A stretch of 64,000 nt of DNA from Hyphomicrobiales bacterium (GCA_017305595.1 JAFKKL010000010.1:185-64184), one strand, 5' to 3'. Positions 52,079 through 63,309 are shown, numbered from the stretch's first letter. Notes: generated by a model not told the origin, from the sequence alone. Numbers and translations are program-made.

Positions 52079-53029
52079 TTAACCGGATTGCGTCGGGAGT
52101 GGCGGGCGTGCGTCTAAAAACGCTTCAACTTCAGCGCGTTGCGGGCAGGCGAAAGCGCCGCCAAAGCGGGTGCATTTCAGTGCCGCAGCGGCCGACGCGA
52201 AGCGCACCGCGGCGGGGATGGCCTGTCCCTCGATCAGCGCCAGGGTGAAGGCGCCGTGGAAAATGTCGCCGGCTCCCAGCGTGTCGACGGTGTGGACCGG
52301 AAACGCGGCCGTCTCCTGAAATGCTCCGGTCGGATCGAGCCAGAGCGTGCCTTGCGGGCCGCGTGTCGCTGCCAGGAAGGATGAGGTCAGCCCGGCGATT
52401 TTGCGCAGCGCCGTGGCGTCGTCGTCACTGCCAGCTGTCTGCCGCACGGCGTCGCTGGAGAAAATCAGGTGCGAGGACGCAGTCAGCAGTCCCTCGCTGA
52501 GCGACATGACGCCGTCGCCGTCGACCACCACCGGGATGCCTCGTCGCCGGGCCTCGGCGCAAAGATCGGTAGCGAAGGGCGCGCAGCGGCTCTCGATCAG
52601 CACCGCGCCGCAGTTCGCCAGCAGGGCGTCGGCATCGGGAAGCCGCACCTTCCACAAGGCGGGATCGCGGAAGGTGAGAATTGTGCGCTCGCCGCTTGGA
52701 TCGATCATGATGGCGGAGATCGGCGTCACCAGTCCCGGCACATGCACCAGATGCCGGCTGTCGATGCTTTCCTCTGCGAGTTTGTCGAAAATATACTGCG
52801 CGGATGTTTCGTGGGCGTCACCCATCGGGCCGCACAGCGCCGCGCGGCCGCCGAGCCGGACGATGCCAATGGCAGCATTGAGCGCGTTGCCGCCGGCGAT
52901 TTCCTCGAACTGGCTGGCCGGTACCTTGGAGCCGCGCGACGGAATCGCCTCGATGCGGAAGGCGAGATCGCGCACCGGCATCCCGATGCAGAGGATATGG
53001 GGTGGGTTCGAAGCGGCTGTGTCGATCAT
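52079..53029 (-). CDS. PfkB-family carbohydrate/nucleoside kinase
   Basis: GGNALNAAIG (GG motif) and the C-terminal DTLGAGDIFHGAF (PfkB signature 2). Confidence 0.85.
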   Translation of the reverse strand: MIDTAASNPPHILCIGMPVRDLAFRIEAIPSRGSKVPASQFEEIAGGNALNAAIGIVRLGGRAALCGPMGDAHETSAQYIFDKLAEESIDSRHLVHVPGLVTPISAIMIDPSGERTILTFRDPALWKVRLPDADALLANCGAVLIESRCAPFATDLCAEARRRGIPVVVDGDGVMSLSEGLLTASSHLIFSSDAVRQTAGSDDDATALRKIAGLTSSFLAATRGPQGTLWLDPTGAFQETAAFPVHTVDTLGAGDIFHGAFTLALIEGQAIPAAVRFASAAAALKCTRFGGAFACPQRAEVEAFLDARPPLPTQSG

Positions 53030-53071
53030 GGTGTGTCCATGGTCAATCGCTCGGCGACGATCTGGTTCCGC

Positions 53072-54019
53072 TCATTCCAAGGGTTGCAACCAGCGACCGA
53101 CCAGATGGTGCGCGATGGCGAACGGATGCGGCCCGGTGAGCCCGCCGGCATGTTGTCGCGCCAGCATCTGTGCCGCTTCGGCACGCGGAAACCAGCGGAC
53201 GTCCTCAAGTTCGGTGCGATCGATGACGATGTCGCGTGTCAGCGCTTCCGCCGTGCAGCCGATCATCAGCGACGACGGATAGGGCCACGGTTGCGTCATG
53301 TAGTACTGCACGTTGTCGCAGCGGATGCCGGATTCTTCCCACACCTCGCGGCGCACCGCGTCTTCGATGGTTTCCGCCGCCTCGACGAAGCCGGCGAGGC
53401 ACGACCACATGCCGGTGGGAAATTGCTTCTGGCGGCCGAGCAGGCAATCGTCGCCCGAGGTCACCAGCATGATAACGACCGGATCAGTGCGCGGAAAATG
53501 CTCGGCCTTGCAACTCGGACAATCGCGCCGCCAGCCGCCTTGCGTCGCACGGGTGCGGGTGCCGCAATTGGCGCAATAGGCGTGACGGCGATGCCAGCCC
53601 ACCATGGATTTGGCCATCGCGACGGCGGAAAGCTGCTCCGCCGGGATTGCGCCCTGCATCGCCATGCCGCGCAATTCGACGACGCCGACGTCGGAGCGGT
53701 TCAACAGTTTCTCGGCAGCATCGTCGGCGATGCCCATGCCGAACACCGGCGCATCGCCGCGCAGGCCCAGGAAGATAGTGCCGGGATTTGCGCCGAATTT
53801 CAGAGCCTCGTTCACGGACAACAGCGCGCGCACGCCACCATTTTCCTGCGCCACCACCAGCGAATCGCGAAAGACGACATAGGCGCTGGCGTCGTTCCGG
53901 GTTTCCAGCGCCATCAGTTTGGCGTCGTCGGTGCGCAGATGTGCGGCGCGCTCGAGCGCATTGGACACGAAGGCCGGCTGGCCGAGCGGAAACGGGCGAT
54001 CTGTTTTTGTTGTTGTCAT
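53072..54019 (-). CDS. nudC: NAD(+) diphosphatase / NADH pyrophosphatase NudC
   Basis: Zinc ribbon CANCGTRTRATQGGWRRDCPSCKAEHFPRTDPVVI, Nudix box GFVEAAETIEDAVRREVWEESGI, and the downstream QPWPYPSSLM NudC motif. Confidence 0.9.
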   Translation of the reverse strand: MTTTKTDRPFPLGQPAFVSNALERAAHLRTDDAKLMALETRNDASAYVVFRDSLVVAQENGGVRALLSVNEALKFGANPGTIFLGLRGDAPVFGMGIADDAAEKLLNRSDVGVVELRGMAMQGAIPAEQLSAVAMAKSMVGWHRRHAYCANCGTRTRATQGGWRRDCPSCKAEHFPRTDPVVIMLVTSGDDCLLGRQKQFPTGMWSCLAGFVEAAETIEDAVRREVWEESGIRCDNVQYYMTQPWPYPSSLMIGCTAEALTRDIVIDRTELEDVRWFPRAEAAQMLARQHAGGLTGPHPFAIAHHLVGRWLQPLE

Positions 54020-54453
54020 GAGGTGCTCAAGTCAGGTTGTTCGATCCACACTTTGCGCCGAAGTGCATCGATGAGTTCCTGCATGTCGCGCGGATCGTAG
54101 GACAGTGGCGGCATCACGCCCCAGACCGGGCGCGGCCATGCGGCGTCGGTGCGCCGGCGCGCGATGATATGGACGTGCAGTTGCGGGACCGCATTGCCGA
54201 GCGCGGCAACATTGAGCTTGTCGCAACGGGTGATCTCCCGCAGCGCGCGCGAGACGCGGGTGATTTCGGTCATCAACTGCGCCTGCGCCACCTCATCCAG
54301 ATCAATGAGCTCGACCGTCTCGGGGCGGCGCGGCACCAGCACAAGCCAGGGATAATGCGCATCCTTGATCAGGAGCACCCGGCATAGCGGCAGATCGCCG
54401 ACCGCGGCGGTGTCCTTGTCAAGCTGTGGATGAAGCGTCCAGTCGGCGGGCAT
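54016..54453 (-). CDS. HIT-family nucleotide hydrolase/transferase
   Basis: ORF trimmed to ATG 54453. NVAALGNAVPQLHVHIIARR is the histidine-triad core. ATGA overlap with nudC. Confidence 0.85.
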   Translation of the reverse strand: MPADWTLHPQLDKDTAAVGDLPLCRVLLIKDAHYPWLVLVPRRPETVELIDLDEVAQAQLMTEITRVSRALREITRCDKLNVAALGNAVPQLHVHIIARRRTDAAWPRPVWGVMPPLSYDPRDMQELIDALRRKVWIEQPDLSTS

Positions 54454-54578
54454 ACAGGTTCTCGAAGAGTTCCGGCACTGTCGCAGAGTGCGGCCTGGCA
54501 AACAACCGTTTCGGACGCACGGCTGCGGAACTACGCCGAGCGGCTTGCTTTCCGTGGCTTTTGGCCCCAAATAGGGAC

Positions 54579-54676
54579 CGGGAGATTGGCGGTGGACGAG
54601 CCTCTCGCCAACCGGGTCAGGTCCGGAAGGAAGCAGCCCTAACGAGGTCTGGATCGGGTCGCTCGTCAGTCTCCTA
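54579..54676 (+). ncRNA. ffs: Signal recognition particle RNA (4.5S, ffs)
   Basis: It contains the invariant domain IV core GGTCAGGTCCGGAAGGAAGCAGCC (54615-54638). The 5' GGGAGATTG...GACGAGC pairs with the 3' GCTCGTCAGTCTCC. It is followed by TTATTTTTT and sits in the conserved position upstream of dnaX. Confidence 0.85.
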
Positions 54677-54818
54677 CTTATTTTTTGGAGCGCTTTGCTG
54701 CTCCGCCGACGGACTTTGATGTCCCGGTCTGTCGGTGGTGGGCGAGACCTCGATAATCAAGCCCCGGACACTTCCGCAAGCCGGCTCCTCGTCAACTTAT
54801 GCAATTGCGGATCGCTTG

Positions 54819-56660
54819 ATGACCGACGCTGGCACCCCTGCAACGCCTTCCGACGAACAGGGCGGCTTTGATTTGGGCCGCGCTCCGGACACGCAGGGTG
54901 CCACCTATCGCGTGCTCGCCCGCAAATATCGCCCGACCAATTTCGACAATCTGATCGGCCAGGAGGCCCTGGTCCGCACCGTCTCCAATGCGTTCGAGAC
55001 CGGGCGGATTCCGCAGGCGTGGATTCTCACCGGCGTGCGCGGCGTCGGCAAGACCACCACGGCGCGCATTCTGGCGCGGGCGCTGAATTACGAACTGCCG
55101 GACGGCTCGATCAAGGGACCGACGGTGCAGATGCCGACACTCGGCACGCACTGTCAGGCGATCATGGAGAGCCGGCACATCGACGTGCTGGAGATGGACG
55201 CCGCCTCCCACACCGGCGTCGACGATGTCCGCCAGATCAACGACAGCGTGCGCTATGCGCCGTCCAGCGCGCGCTACAAGGTCTACATCATCGACGAAGT
55301 CCACATGCTGTCGACGGCAGCATTCAACGCTTTCCTGAAGACGCTGGAAGAGCCGCCGGCGCACGCCAAGTTCGTGTTCGCCACCACCGAAATCCGCAAA
55401 GTGCCGGTCACGGTGCTGTCGCGCTGCCAGCGCTTCGATTTGAAGCGTGTCGAGGCCGACGTGTTGATGGCGCATCTCGGCAACATCGCGTCGATGGAAA
55501 ATGTCGAGGCCGAGCCCGAGGCGCTGGGCATGATCGCACGCGCGGCGGAAGGCTCGGTGCGCGATTCGCTGTCGCTGTTCGATCAGGCCATTGCCCACGC
55601 CGCCGGCATCGTTCGCGCCGAAGACGTGCGGCAGATGCTCGGCCTTGCCGATCGCACCCGCGTCATCGATCTGTTCGACGCTCTGGCGCGCGGCGATATC
55701 GTCGCCGCATTCAAGGAATTTCGCGAGCAGTACGACACTGGCGCCGATCCGATCGTGGTGCTCAGCGACTTGGCCGAGTTCGTCAATTTCGTCACGCGTG
55801 TGAAGATCGTGCCTGCGACCGCCGACAATGTGGTGTTCGGCGAGACCGAGCGCGTGCGCGCCCGCGATTTCGCCGCAAAACTGTCGATGCGGGTGCTGTC
55901 GCGGATGTGGCAGATGCTGCTCAAGGGCATCACCGAGGTGCAAGGCGCGACGCGTCCCGCCGCGGCGGCCGAAATGGTGCTGGTGCGCATTGCCTATGTC
56001 GCCGATCTGCCGACGCCAGATGAAGCGATCCGCATGATCGAGCAAGGCGGCGGCGGTTCTTCGCTGTCGACGAGCTCGAGCCCGCGTGGTGCACCGTCCG
56101 GCGCGAGTGCGTCCGCTGCAATGCCGTCGACAATGTCAGCCGCACCCATGCGCCCGGCCTCGCCGCGCGCTGTCAATGAGGCGCCAGCCCGCGCGCAGAT
56201 GTTGTCGCCTGCGGCAAATCCTGCGCCGCGGGCGATGAAGATCGCGAGCTTTCCTGAACTGGTGGCGCTCGCCGCCACGCAGCGCGACTTGCAGACCAAG
56301 TCGGCGCTGGAGGCCGATGTGCGCCTCGTGCGTTTCGAGGACGGGCGGCTCGAAGTGGCGATGGAGCGCACCGCCTCGCGCGCTTTGATCGGTGAACTTC
56401 CACGCAAGCTGGAACAGTGGACCGGCCGGCGCTGGACCGTCATCGTCTCCAACGAGGAGGGCCAGCCGACCTTGCGCGAGCAGGCGACGGAGGCCCGTTC
56501 GGCGCGTGAGCGCAGCGCCGAAGCCGATCCTCGCGTGCGCGAAGTGCTGGCGCGCTTCCCCGGCGCCAAGATCGTCGAGGTTCGGCACCTTGCGCCGGAT
56601 TTGCCCGACGCCGATATCCCGGACGACGACGCTGCGGATTCATCCGACAGCGACGATTGA
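54819..56660 (+). CDS. dnaX: DNA polymerase III subunits gamma/tau
   Basis: ORF trimmed to ATG 54819. YRVLARKYRPTNFDNLIGQE, GVRGVGKTTTARILA, IIDEVHMLS, SRCQRFDL. Confidence 0.9.
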   Translation: MTDAGTPATPSDEQGGFDLGRAPDTQGATYRVLARKYRPTNFDNLIGQEALVRTVSNAFETGRIPQAWILTGVRGVGKTTTARILARALNYELPDGSIKGPTVQMPTLGTHCQAIMESRHIDVLEMDAASHTGVDDVRQINDSVRYAPSSARYKVYIIDEVHMLSTAAFNAFLKTLEEPPAHAKFVFATTEIRKVPVTVLSRCQRFDLKRVEADVLMAHLGNIASMENVEAEPEALGMIARAAEGSVRDSLSLFDQAIAHAAGIVRAEDVRQMLGLADRTRVIDLFDALARGDIVAAFKEFREQYDTGADPIVVLSDLAEFVNFVTRVKIVPATADNVVFGETERVRARDFAAKLSMRVLSRMWQMLLKGITEVQGATRPAAAAEMVLVRIAYVADLPTPDEAIRMIEQGGGGSSLSTSSSPRGAPSGASASAAMPSTMSAAPMRPASPRAVNEAPARAQMLSPAANPAPRAMKIASFPELVALAATQRDLQTKSALEADVRLVRFEDGRLEVAMERTASRALIGELPRKLEQWTGRRWTVIVSNEEGQPTLREQATEARSARERSAEADPRVREVLARFPGAKIVEVRHLAPDLPDADIPDDDAADSSDSDD

Positions 56661-56686
56661 AATTTTGCTGATGAAGAGGAACGATC

Positions 56687-57004
56687 ATGGCTGATTTTCT
56701 CGGCATGATGAAACAGGCCGCACAACTGCAATCGAAGATGAAGGCGATGCAGGACGAACTCGATCACGTCGAGGTCGAGGGCATTTCCGGCGGCGGCATG
56801 GTCACGGTGCGCATGACCGCGAAGATGGAAATCAAGGCGATCAGCATCGATCCCTCGCTGATGAAGGCCGAAGAACGCGAAATCGTCGAGGACCTCATCG
56901 TCACCGCCTGCAACGATGCGCGCCGCAAGGCGGAAGTCGCGATGCAGGAGAAGATGCAGGCGCTGACCGGCGGCCTAGGCCTACCGCCCGGGCTTCTCGG
57001 CTGA
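56687..57004 (+). CDS. ybaB: YbaB/EbfC-family nucleoid-associated protein
   Basis: [34 protein letters not shown]. 105 aa, in the canonical position between dnaX and recR. Confidence 0.95.
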   Translation: MADFLGMMKQAAQLQSKMKAMQDELDHVEVEGISGGGMVTVRMTAKMEIKAISIDPSLMKAEEREIVEDLIVTACNDARRKAEVAMQEKMQALTGGLGLPPGLLG

Positions 57005-57020
57005 GAGGATAGCGGCTGAC

Positions 57021-57626
57021 ATGGCATCGAGCGTCACCGGGCCGGAGATCGAGCGGCTGATTCAGTTGCTGGCGCGATTGCCGGGGCTCGGCCCCCGCTC
57101 GGCGCGGCGTGCCGCGCTGCATCTGATCAAGAAACGCGAAGCCCTGATGGCGCCGCTCACCGGCGCACTGCAGACCGCAATGGACCGGATTCAGGTCTGC
57201 AAGACCTGCGGCAATATCGACACCACCGATCCTTGCACCATCTGCACCGATCCGCGCCGCGATCCGGCGATCATCGTGGTGGTGGCGGATGTTGCGGACC
57301 TGTGGGCGCTGGAACGCGCCAACGCGATCAACGGCCTCTATCACGTGCTCGGCGCGACGCTGTCGCCGCTCGACGGTATCGGCCCCGACGACTTGGCGAT
57401 CGATTCGCTCGTGTCGCGCGCGCATCAGGCGCAGGTGAAGGAGGTCGTGCTCGCGCTCAATGCCACGGTGGATGGCCAGACCACGGCGCACTACATCACC
57501 GACCTGTTGCAGGACGCGGACGTCAAGGTAACGCGGATGGCGCACGGCGTTCCTGTCGGCGGCGAACTTGATTACCTCGACGAAGGCACGCTTTCGGCGG
57601 CGATGCGGCAGCGAACGCTATTCTAA
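57021..57626 (+). CDS. recR: Recombination protein RecR
   Basis: [20 protein letters not shown] (HhH), zinc finger [16 protein letters not shown], and a Toprim region. Confidence 0.95.
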   Translation: MASSVTGPEIERLIQLLARLPGLGPRSARRAALHLIKKREALMAPLTGALQTAMDRIQVCKTCGNIDTTDPCTICTDPRRDPAIIVVVADVADLWALERANAINGLYHVLGATLSPLDGIGPDDLAIDSLVSRAHQAQVKEVVLALNATVDGQTTAHYITDLLQDADVKVTRMAHGVPVGGELDYLDEGTLSAAMRQRTLF

Positions 57627-57652
57627 TGGCGTTGCTCGTCCGTCATTCGTAC

Positions 57653-59023
57653 TCACGTCTTCGCGGCCTCGAGTGCTTTGAAGTGCCCGCGCTGCTGCAG
57701 CCATATCATCAGCAGCAGACTCGGGATCGCCACCAGCACGCTGACGACGAAAAATAGCGGCCAGCCGGCGGCGGCGGCGACATAACCCGCGCCGGACGAC
57801 AGATAGATGCGTCCGACTGACGCAAGCGCTGTCAGCAAAGCATATTGGGTTGCCGTGTGCAGCGGATTGTTGCACAGCGCCGACAGGTAGGCGACGAAGA
57901 TCACAGTGCCGATAGCGCCGGTGAATTGTTCGATGCTGACCGCGACCGCCAGCGCCCACTGTTGTGGCCCGACCAGCGCCAGCCAACTGAACGTCAGGTT
58001 GGAGATCGCTTGCAACAGCCCGCCGATCCACAGGCATGCGATCAACGGGCAGGCGCGCGCGAGAAAACCGCCGGCGAAGCCGCCGATCAAGGTCGCAGCG
58101 AGACCCAGTCCCTTGACGATGATGGCATAGTCATTGCGCGTGAAGCCGACGTCGATGATGAATGGCACCGTCATCGCGCCAGCGAAGGCGTCAGTGAACT
58201 TGAAAAGCATCACGAAGACCAGCACGACGATGGCATCGCGCCGGTTGAGGAACTCGACGAAAGCGCCGATTGCGGCATCGATCACGCGCTGCAATGACGG
58301 TTTGTCGCCAGTCGCGGCCTCGGTGCGGGTCGAGCCGTCCGGCTCGTGCGCCAACAGGACGGTGACGATGCCGATCACTACCAGCCCGGCCATCACCGCG
58401 AGGCTTGCCATCCAGGCGTGCAGACGCGGCAGGCCGAGATGTTCGAAGCCGGTCACGAGGAATAGCGCGCCGGCGGTGGAGGCCACCATGCCTATGCGAT
58501 AGGCGGCGACATAGGACGCCATGCCGGCGGCCTGTTCGCTTTCGTCGAGGCTTTCGACGCGGAAGGCATCGACCACGATGTCCTGCGTGGCAGATGCGGT
58601 TGCAACCATCAATGCGCCGAGCGCAACGAAGAATGGCGAACGCGCGGGGTCGGTCAATGCGAGCGCGAGGATCGCAGCCATCAGTAGCAGTTGTGTGAAG
58701 ATCAGCCAGCCGCGGCGACGGCCGAGCCATTTTGTCAGGATCGGCAGACGCAGGCCGTCCACCAGCGGCGCCCATAGAAACTTCAGCGTGTAAGGTGTGC
58801 CGACCAGCGTGAACAGGCCGATGGTGCCGAGGCTAACGCCGCTTTCACTGACCCATACCAGGAGCGTCGAGCCCGACAGCGCCAGCGGTAGCCCGGACGA
58901 GAAGCCGAGGAACATCACCACCAGCACGCGCGGTTGCAGATAGACCATCCACGCGTCGCGCCACGACGCGCGGGCCGGCGTGGACGAGGATGGCGTGGAC
59001 GAGGCGGCTTCCGGAGCGCTCAT
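57653..59023 (-). CDS. ampG: AmpG-family muropeptide/MFS transporter
   Basis: RVLVVMFLGFSSGLPLALSGSTLLVW..YTLKFLWAPLVD..LGRRRGW are AmpG hallmarks. Confidence 0.85.
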   Translation of the reverse strand: MSAPEAASSTPSSSTPARASWRDAWMVYLQPRVLVVMFLGFSSGLPLALSGSTLLVWVSESGVSLGTIGLFTLVGTPYTLKFLWAPLVDGLRLPILTKWLGRRRGWLIFTQLLLMAAILALALTDPARSPFFVALGALMVATASATQDIVVDAFRVESLDESEQAAGMASYVAAYRIGMVASTAGALFLVTGFEHLGLPRLHAWMASLAVMAGLVVIGIVTVLLAHEPDGSTRTEAATGDKPSLQRVIDAAIGAFVEFLNRRDAIVVLVFVMLFKFTDAFAGAMTVPFIIDVGFTRNDYAIIVKGLGLAATLIGGFAGGFLARACPLIACLWIGGLLQAISNLTFSWLALVGPQQWALAVAVSIEQFTGAIGTVIFVAYLSALCNNPLHTATQYALLTALASVGRIYLSSGAGYVAAAAGWPLFFVVSVLVAIPSLLLMIWLQQRGHFKALEAAKT

Positions 59024-59139
59024 GCCGCAGTGCTAGCTGATTCGCCGCATCGCCGCGCGCATCTGCAACGTGGATAGCAGGCGAACGAGAGGCGAACCGT
59101 GACGGATCGGCCAGTCGCGCCATATTTGTCGGCGAGGAA

Positions 59140-60351
59140 CTACTCTCCAGCCTGTAGCTTGCGGGGAACGGGAAACAGATCGACGCGAACATCCTTGGCG
59201 GCGCGCGAGGCATCGTCCGCAGCAGGCGCATCGGTGCTGAAATCGAGATCCTCGATCTTCACCGCGCGTTTGCCGATCTTGTTGACCGAGATCAGCACTT
59301 GCCGCACGTCCTCGTTGACCTGATCGAAATGGCTGCCGAGCCGGCTGACGCGATCGCGCAGCCGCTCGACGTCACCCATCATATGCATGACCTCGGTGCG
59401 CACTTCATCGGCGGCATCACGCATCCGCGCGTCCTTCAGCACCTGCTGCATCACCTGGATCGCCAGCATCAAGAGCGACGGTGACACCAGCACGACACGG
59501 GCGCGATAGGCTTTCTGAATGATGTCGTCGAAGCCGTCGTGAATCTCGGCGTAGACCGATTCCGATGGCACGAACATCAGCGCGGTATCCTGGGTTTCGC
59601 CAGGGATCAGGTATTTCTCGGAAATATCGGTGACGTGTTTGGTGATGTCTTGCCGCAGCCGCTGCGCGGCCGACTTCTTTTCCTCGTCGCTGCGCGCGTC
59701 ATGCAGCGCGGTGATCGCTTCCAGTGGGAATTTGGCGTCGATGCACAAGGGCCGCCCGTCCGGCAGGAACACCACGCAATCCGGCCGCTTTCCGGTCGAG
59801 AGCGTGTGCTGGAAGGCATAGGTATCCGACGGCATGCCGTCGCGGACGATGGCTTCCATGCGCGCCTGCCCGAATGCGCCGCGCGACTGCTTGTTGGCCA
59901 GTACGTCGCGCAGCGTCGTGACCTGAATGGTCAGTTCCGCAAGGTTCTGGTGGGCATTGTCTATGATGCCGAGCCGTTCGTGCAGCGCGTGCAGGCTGTC
60001 CATGGTGTGGCGCGTGGTCTGTTCCATCGATTGTCCGACCCGCTGCGTCACCGAATCGAGCCGCTCGTTGACGGTGCGCGCCATCTCCGCCTGCCGCCCC
60101 GCCAGCGCCTGCCCCATGGCGTCGACGCGGCCCGTGGCCTGATTCTGGATTTGCAGGAGTTCGCTGAGGCGTTCCTCCAGTTCGTTGGCGCGGATCGCTT
60201 GCGCCATTGCGCTCGCCGCGCGGAGGCGGCCGGTGCGGGCAATGACGACAATGATCCCAAGCAGCAACAGCACCGCGACGCCGGCGAGGGCAACCAGCGC
60301 CGTTCCGGTATCGATGCTCAATCCGCCGATGGTGAAGAGGTGTCCGCGCAT
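59140..60351 (-). CDS. rmuC: DNA recombination protein RmuC
   Basis: An N-terminal TM segment, a long coiled coil, then RPDCVVFLPDGRPLCIDAKFPLEA...ALMFVPSESVY (RmuC nuclease-like domain). Confidence 0.9.
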   Translation of the reverse strand: MRGHLFTIGGLSIDTGTALVALAGVAVLLLLGIIVVIARTGRLRAASAMAQAIRANELEERLSELLQIQNQATGRVDAMGQALAGRQAEMARTVNERLDSVTQRVGQSMEQTTRHTMDSLHALHERLGIIDNAHQNLAELTIQVTTLRDVLANKQSRGAFGQARMEAIVRDGMPSDTYAFQHTLSTGKRPDCVVFLPDGRPLCIDAKFPLEAITALHDARSDEEKKSAAQRLRQDITKHVTDISEKYLIPGETQDTALMFVPSESVYAEIHDGFDDIIQKAYRARVVLVSPSLLMLAIQVMQQVLKDARMRDAADEVRTEVMHMMGDVERLRDRVSRLGSHFDQVNEDVRQVLISVNKIGKRAVKIEDLDFSTDAPAADDASRAAKDVRVDLFPVPRKLQAGE

Positions 60352-60522
60352 GGCGCCAGCCTAGCCGATTCGGGGAACGATAAGAACGAAGATAGAACAT
60401 AAGTCGTGAATGTCGGGTTTATTTTGATAGTTAAAGAACATTGAGAAAGGCGCGGCGCGGCCGGTCCCGCGCCGGCCGTCCGGTGGATTGACCGCGGCCA
60501 TGGCCCGGCTTACATCGCCCGC

Positions 60523-61056
60523 ATGGCCATTCGTGAAATCATCGTTCTGCCCGACAAACAGTTGCGGCTCATTTCCAAGCCGATCGAGAAGGTCTCATCG
60601 GACATCCGCAAGCTCGCCGACGACATGCTGGAAACCATGTACGACGCGCCGGGCATCGGGCTCGCGGCGATCCAGATCGCCGAGCCGCTCCGCCTCGTCA
60701 CCATGGATATCTCCAAGCGTGAAAAGGACGAGGACGGCGAGAGCAAGCCGCACCCGCGCGTCTTCATCAACCCGGAGATCGTCGCTGCGTCGGAGGAACT
60801 GTCCGTCTACGAGGAAGGCTGCCTGTCGATCCCCGAATACTACGAAGAGGTCGAGCGGCCGGCGCGCGTGCGCGTGCGTTATCTCGATCTCGACGGCAAG
60901 GTGCATGAGGAAGACGCCGAGGGGCTTTTTGCCACCTGCATTCAGCACGAGATCGATCACCTCAACGGCGTGTTGTTCGTCGATTATCTGTCGAAGCTGA
61001 AGCGTGACCGCGTCATGAAGAAATTCACCAAGGCGGCGCGGCTGGCGGCGAAGTAA
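60523..61056 (+). CDS. def: Peptide deformylase
   Basis: [16 protein letters not shown], and QHEIDHLNG are the three PDF motifs. Confidence 0.95.
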   Translation: MAIREIIVLPDKQLRLISKPIEKVSSDIRKLADDMLETMYDAPGIGLAAIQIAEPLRLVTMDISKREKDEDGESKPHPRVFINPEIVAASEELSVYEEGCLSIPEYYEEVERPARVRVRYLDLDGKVHEEDAEGLFATCIQHEIDHLNGVLFVDYLSKLKRDRVMKKFTKAARLAAK

Positions 61057-61079
61057 TCGCAATCCCGACGGGACACGAG

Positions 61080-62012
61080 ATGTCGTTGCGCTTGATTTTC
61101 ATGGGGACGCCCGACTTCGCGGTGCCGACGCTGCTGGAACTGGCGGCGCACGGCCATGAGATTGTCGCGGCCTATACTCGCGAACCCAAACCCGCCAAGC
61201 GCGGCATGAAGCTGCAAGAGACGCCGGTTGCGTTCGAGGCGAAGCAACTCGGCATTCCGGTGCTGACGCCGAAGACGCTGAAGACACCGGAGGCGCTCGT
61301 GGAATTCGAAGCGCACCAGGCCGACGCCGCGGTGGTGGTGGCCTACGGCATGATCCTGCCGCAGACTATTCTCGATGCGCCCGCGCTGGGCTGCTTCAAT
61401 CTGCACGGATCGCTGTTGCCGCGCTGGCGCGGCGCCGCGCCGATCAATCGCGCGATCATGTCCGGCGACCGCGAGAGCGGCGTGATGGTGATGAAGATGG
61501 ATGCCGGCCTCGACACCGGCGACGTGGCCATGGCCGAACGGCTGCCGATCACCGATACAATGACTGCCGCCGATCTACACGATGCGCTGGCGTCGCTCGG
61601 CGCGGACCTGATGGTGCGGGCGATGGGCGCGCTGGAGCGTGGCGGGTTGCAACTTGTCAAACAAAGCGAGCTGGGCGTCACCTATGCCGCGAAGATCGAC
61701 AAGGCCGAGGCGCAGATCGACTGGCGCAAGCCGGCGCATGACGTACTGCGGCACATCCATGGACTGTCGCCGTTTCCCGGTGCGTGGACCGAAACGCCGC
61801 TCGATGGCGATCCCGTGCGGCTGAAAATCCTGCGCTGTGAAATGGCGAAGGGCTCGGGAGATCCAGGCACGTTGCTTGACGATCGGCTCACGGTTGCCTG
61901 CGGCGACGGCGCGATCCGCCTCATCGAGGTGCAGCGCGCCGGCAAGGCGCCGATGAAGGCCGCCGATTTCCTGCGCGGCACGCCGCTCAAGCCGCCGCTG
62001 CGGTTTGCCTGA
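61080..62012 (+). CDS. fmt: Methionyl-tRNA formyltransferase
   Basis: [32 protein letters not shown], and its position after def. Confidence 0.95.
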   Translation: MSLRLIFMGTPDFAVPTLLELAAHGHEIVAAYTREPKPAKRGMKLQETPVAFEAKQLGIPVLTPKTLKTPEALVEFEAHQADAAVVVAYGMILPQTILDAPALGCFNLHGSLLPRWRGAAPINRAIMSGDRESGVMVMKMDAGLDTGDVAMAERLPITDTMTAADLHDALASLGADLMVRAMGALERGGLQLVKQSELGVTYAAKIDKAEAQIDWRKPAHDVLRHIHGLSPFPGAWTETPLDGDPVRLKILRCEMAKGSGDPGTLLDDRLTVACGDGAIRLIEVQRAGKAPMKAADFLRGTPLKPPLRFA

Positions 62013-62752
62013 TGCCGCGCTACAGGCTCATCATCGAATACGACGGCGGGCCGTTTTGCGGTTGGCAGATTCAAGAGAACCAACGTTCCATTCAGGGCGC
62101 ATTGGAAGACGCGGTGGCTGCGATCAACGGCGCGCCGGCCCGCGTGAACGGTGCGGGCCGCACCGATGCCGGCGTACATGCGCTGGCGCAGGTCGCGCAT
62201 GTCGATATCGACAAGACATTGCCGCCAGGCCGTTTTCGCGACGGGTTGAACGCGCATCTGCGGCCGCTTCCGATCGGCGTGCTGGAAGCCGATGTTGTGC
62301 CGGAGACGTTCGAGGCGCGGTTCTCGGCGATCCGCCGTCACTACCGCTATCGTATCGTCAATCGCCGTGCCAATCTCGCCATCGACGCCGGCAAGGTCTG
62401 GCGGGTGCCGCGTCCGCTCGATGCTGACGCGATGCATGTCGCCGCGCAGCGCCTGCTCGGCAAGCACGACTTCACGACGTTTCGCGATACCGAATGCCAG
62501 GCGAAATCGCCGGAGAAGACGCTCGATCAGCTCGACGTCGCGCGCTACGGCGATGAGGTCGAGATCGTCACCTCCGCGCGGTCGTTCCTGCACAGTCAGG
62601 TGCGCTCGATGGTCGGCTCATTGGTGTGGGTCGGTGAAGGCCGTTGGAGCGCGGACGACTTGCGCGGCGCGCTCGATGCACGGGACCGGCGCGCCTGCGG
62701 CCCATTCGCGCCGCCCGATGGGCTTTATCTGGTGCGGGTCGATTACGACTGA
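62012..62752 (+). CDS. truA: tRNA pseudouridine(38-40) synthase
   Basis: [30 protein letters not shown] (catalytic Asp), HDFTTF. Confidence 0.95.
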   Translation: MPRYRLIIEYDGGPFCGWQIQENQRSIQGALEDAVAAINGAPARVNGAGRTDAGVHALAQVAHVDIDKTLPPGRFRDGLNAHLRPLPIGVLEADVVPETFEARFSAIRRHYRYRIVNRRANLAIDAGKVWRVPRPLDADAMHVAAQRLLGKHDFTTFRDTECQAKSPEKTLDQLDVARYGDEVEIVTSARSFLHSQVRSMVGSLVWVGEGRWSADDLRGALDARDRRACGPFAPPDGLYLVRVDYD

Positions 62753-63309
62753 GGCCCTACCCGCTTCATCGCATCCCAGAACAAATCCTGCCCGTCAGCG
62801 ACGTTAGCGGTCCAGTGTTCGGCGGCGAAGTCGTTGGCGTCGTCGGTGATGAACTTGAAGGCGCGCCACGGAATGCTGTGGCGCTGGCAGACATGGGCGA
62901 TGGCGTATAATTCCATGTCGACGATATCGACGCCCTTCTCCACCAGCCATGGATCAGTGGTGGTGACGAAGCTGTCACCGGTGCCGCAGATCACGCCGTC
63001 TCTGCCTGACGACAGACGATCGAACTCTGCGCCGAACGGCGTGCGGCCGCGCGGCGCCAACGGTTCGGCGATCATGTCGCGCTGGATGACGTGCGCGACT
63101 TCGACCAGTCCGCGCAGGCCCTCGTTGATCTTGCCGGCGGTGCCGTAGTTGATCACCAGCGCGGGCCGCAGCACCAGCAGCGCCAGCGTTGCCGCGCTGG
63201 CGGCGTTGACCTTGCCGACGCCGGTGTAGATCACCTCGACATTCGCGGGCGTGCGTGCCTTGCTGAGTTCGTCATCGATGGCGGTGAGAACGAGGATCTT
63301 GCCGCTCAT
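62743..63309 (-). CDS. Nucleoside phosphorylase-fold protein (MTA/SAH nucleosidase-like)
   Basis: [45 protein letters not shown] follow the MtnN/PNP_UDP_1 pattern. Its 4-nt overlap with the dapE stop suggests one operon. Confidence 0.7.
   Translation of the reverse strand: MSGKILVLTAIDDELSKARTPANVEVIYTGVGKVNAASAATLALLVLRPALVINYGTAGKINEGLRGLVEVAHVIQRDMIAEPLAPRGRTPFGAEFDRLSSGRDGVICGTGDSFVTTTDPWLVEKGVDIVDMELYAIAHVCQRHSIPWRAFKFITDDANDFAAEHWTANVADGQDLFWDAMKRVGPQS

Noticed and set aside
54819-56660. Programmed -1 frameshift site (A AAA AAG type) in dnaX producing a gamma subunit
   Set aside because: I saw no A-rich slippery heptamer with a downstream hairpin in the region encoding the domain III/IV boundary. 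This mechanism is not universal outside enterobacteria.
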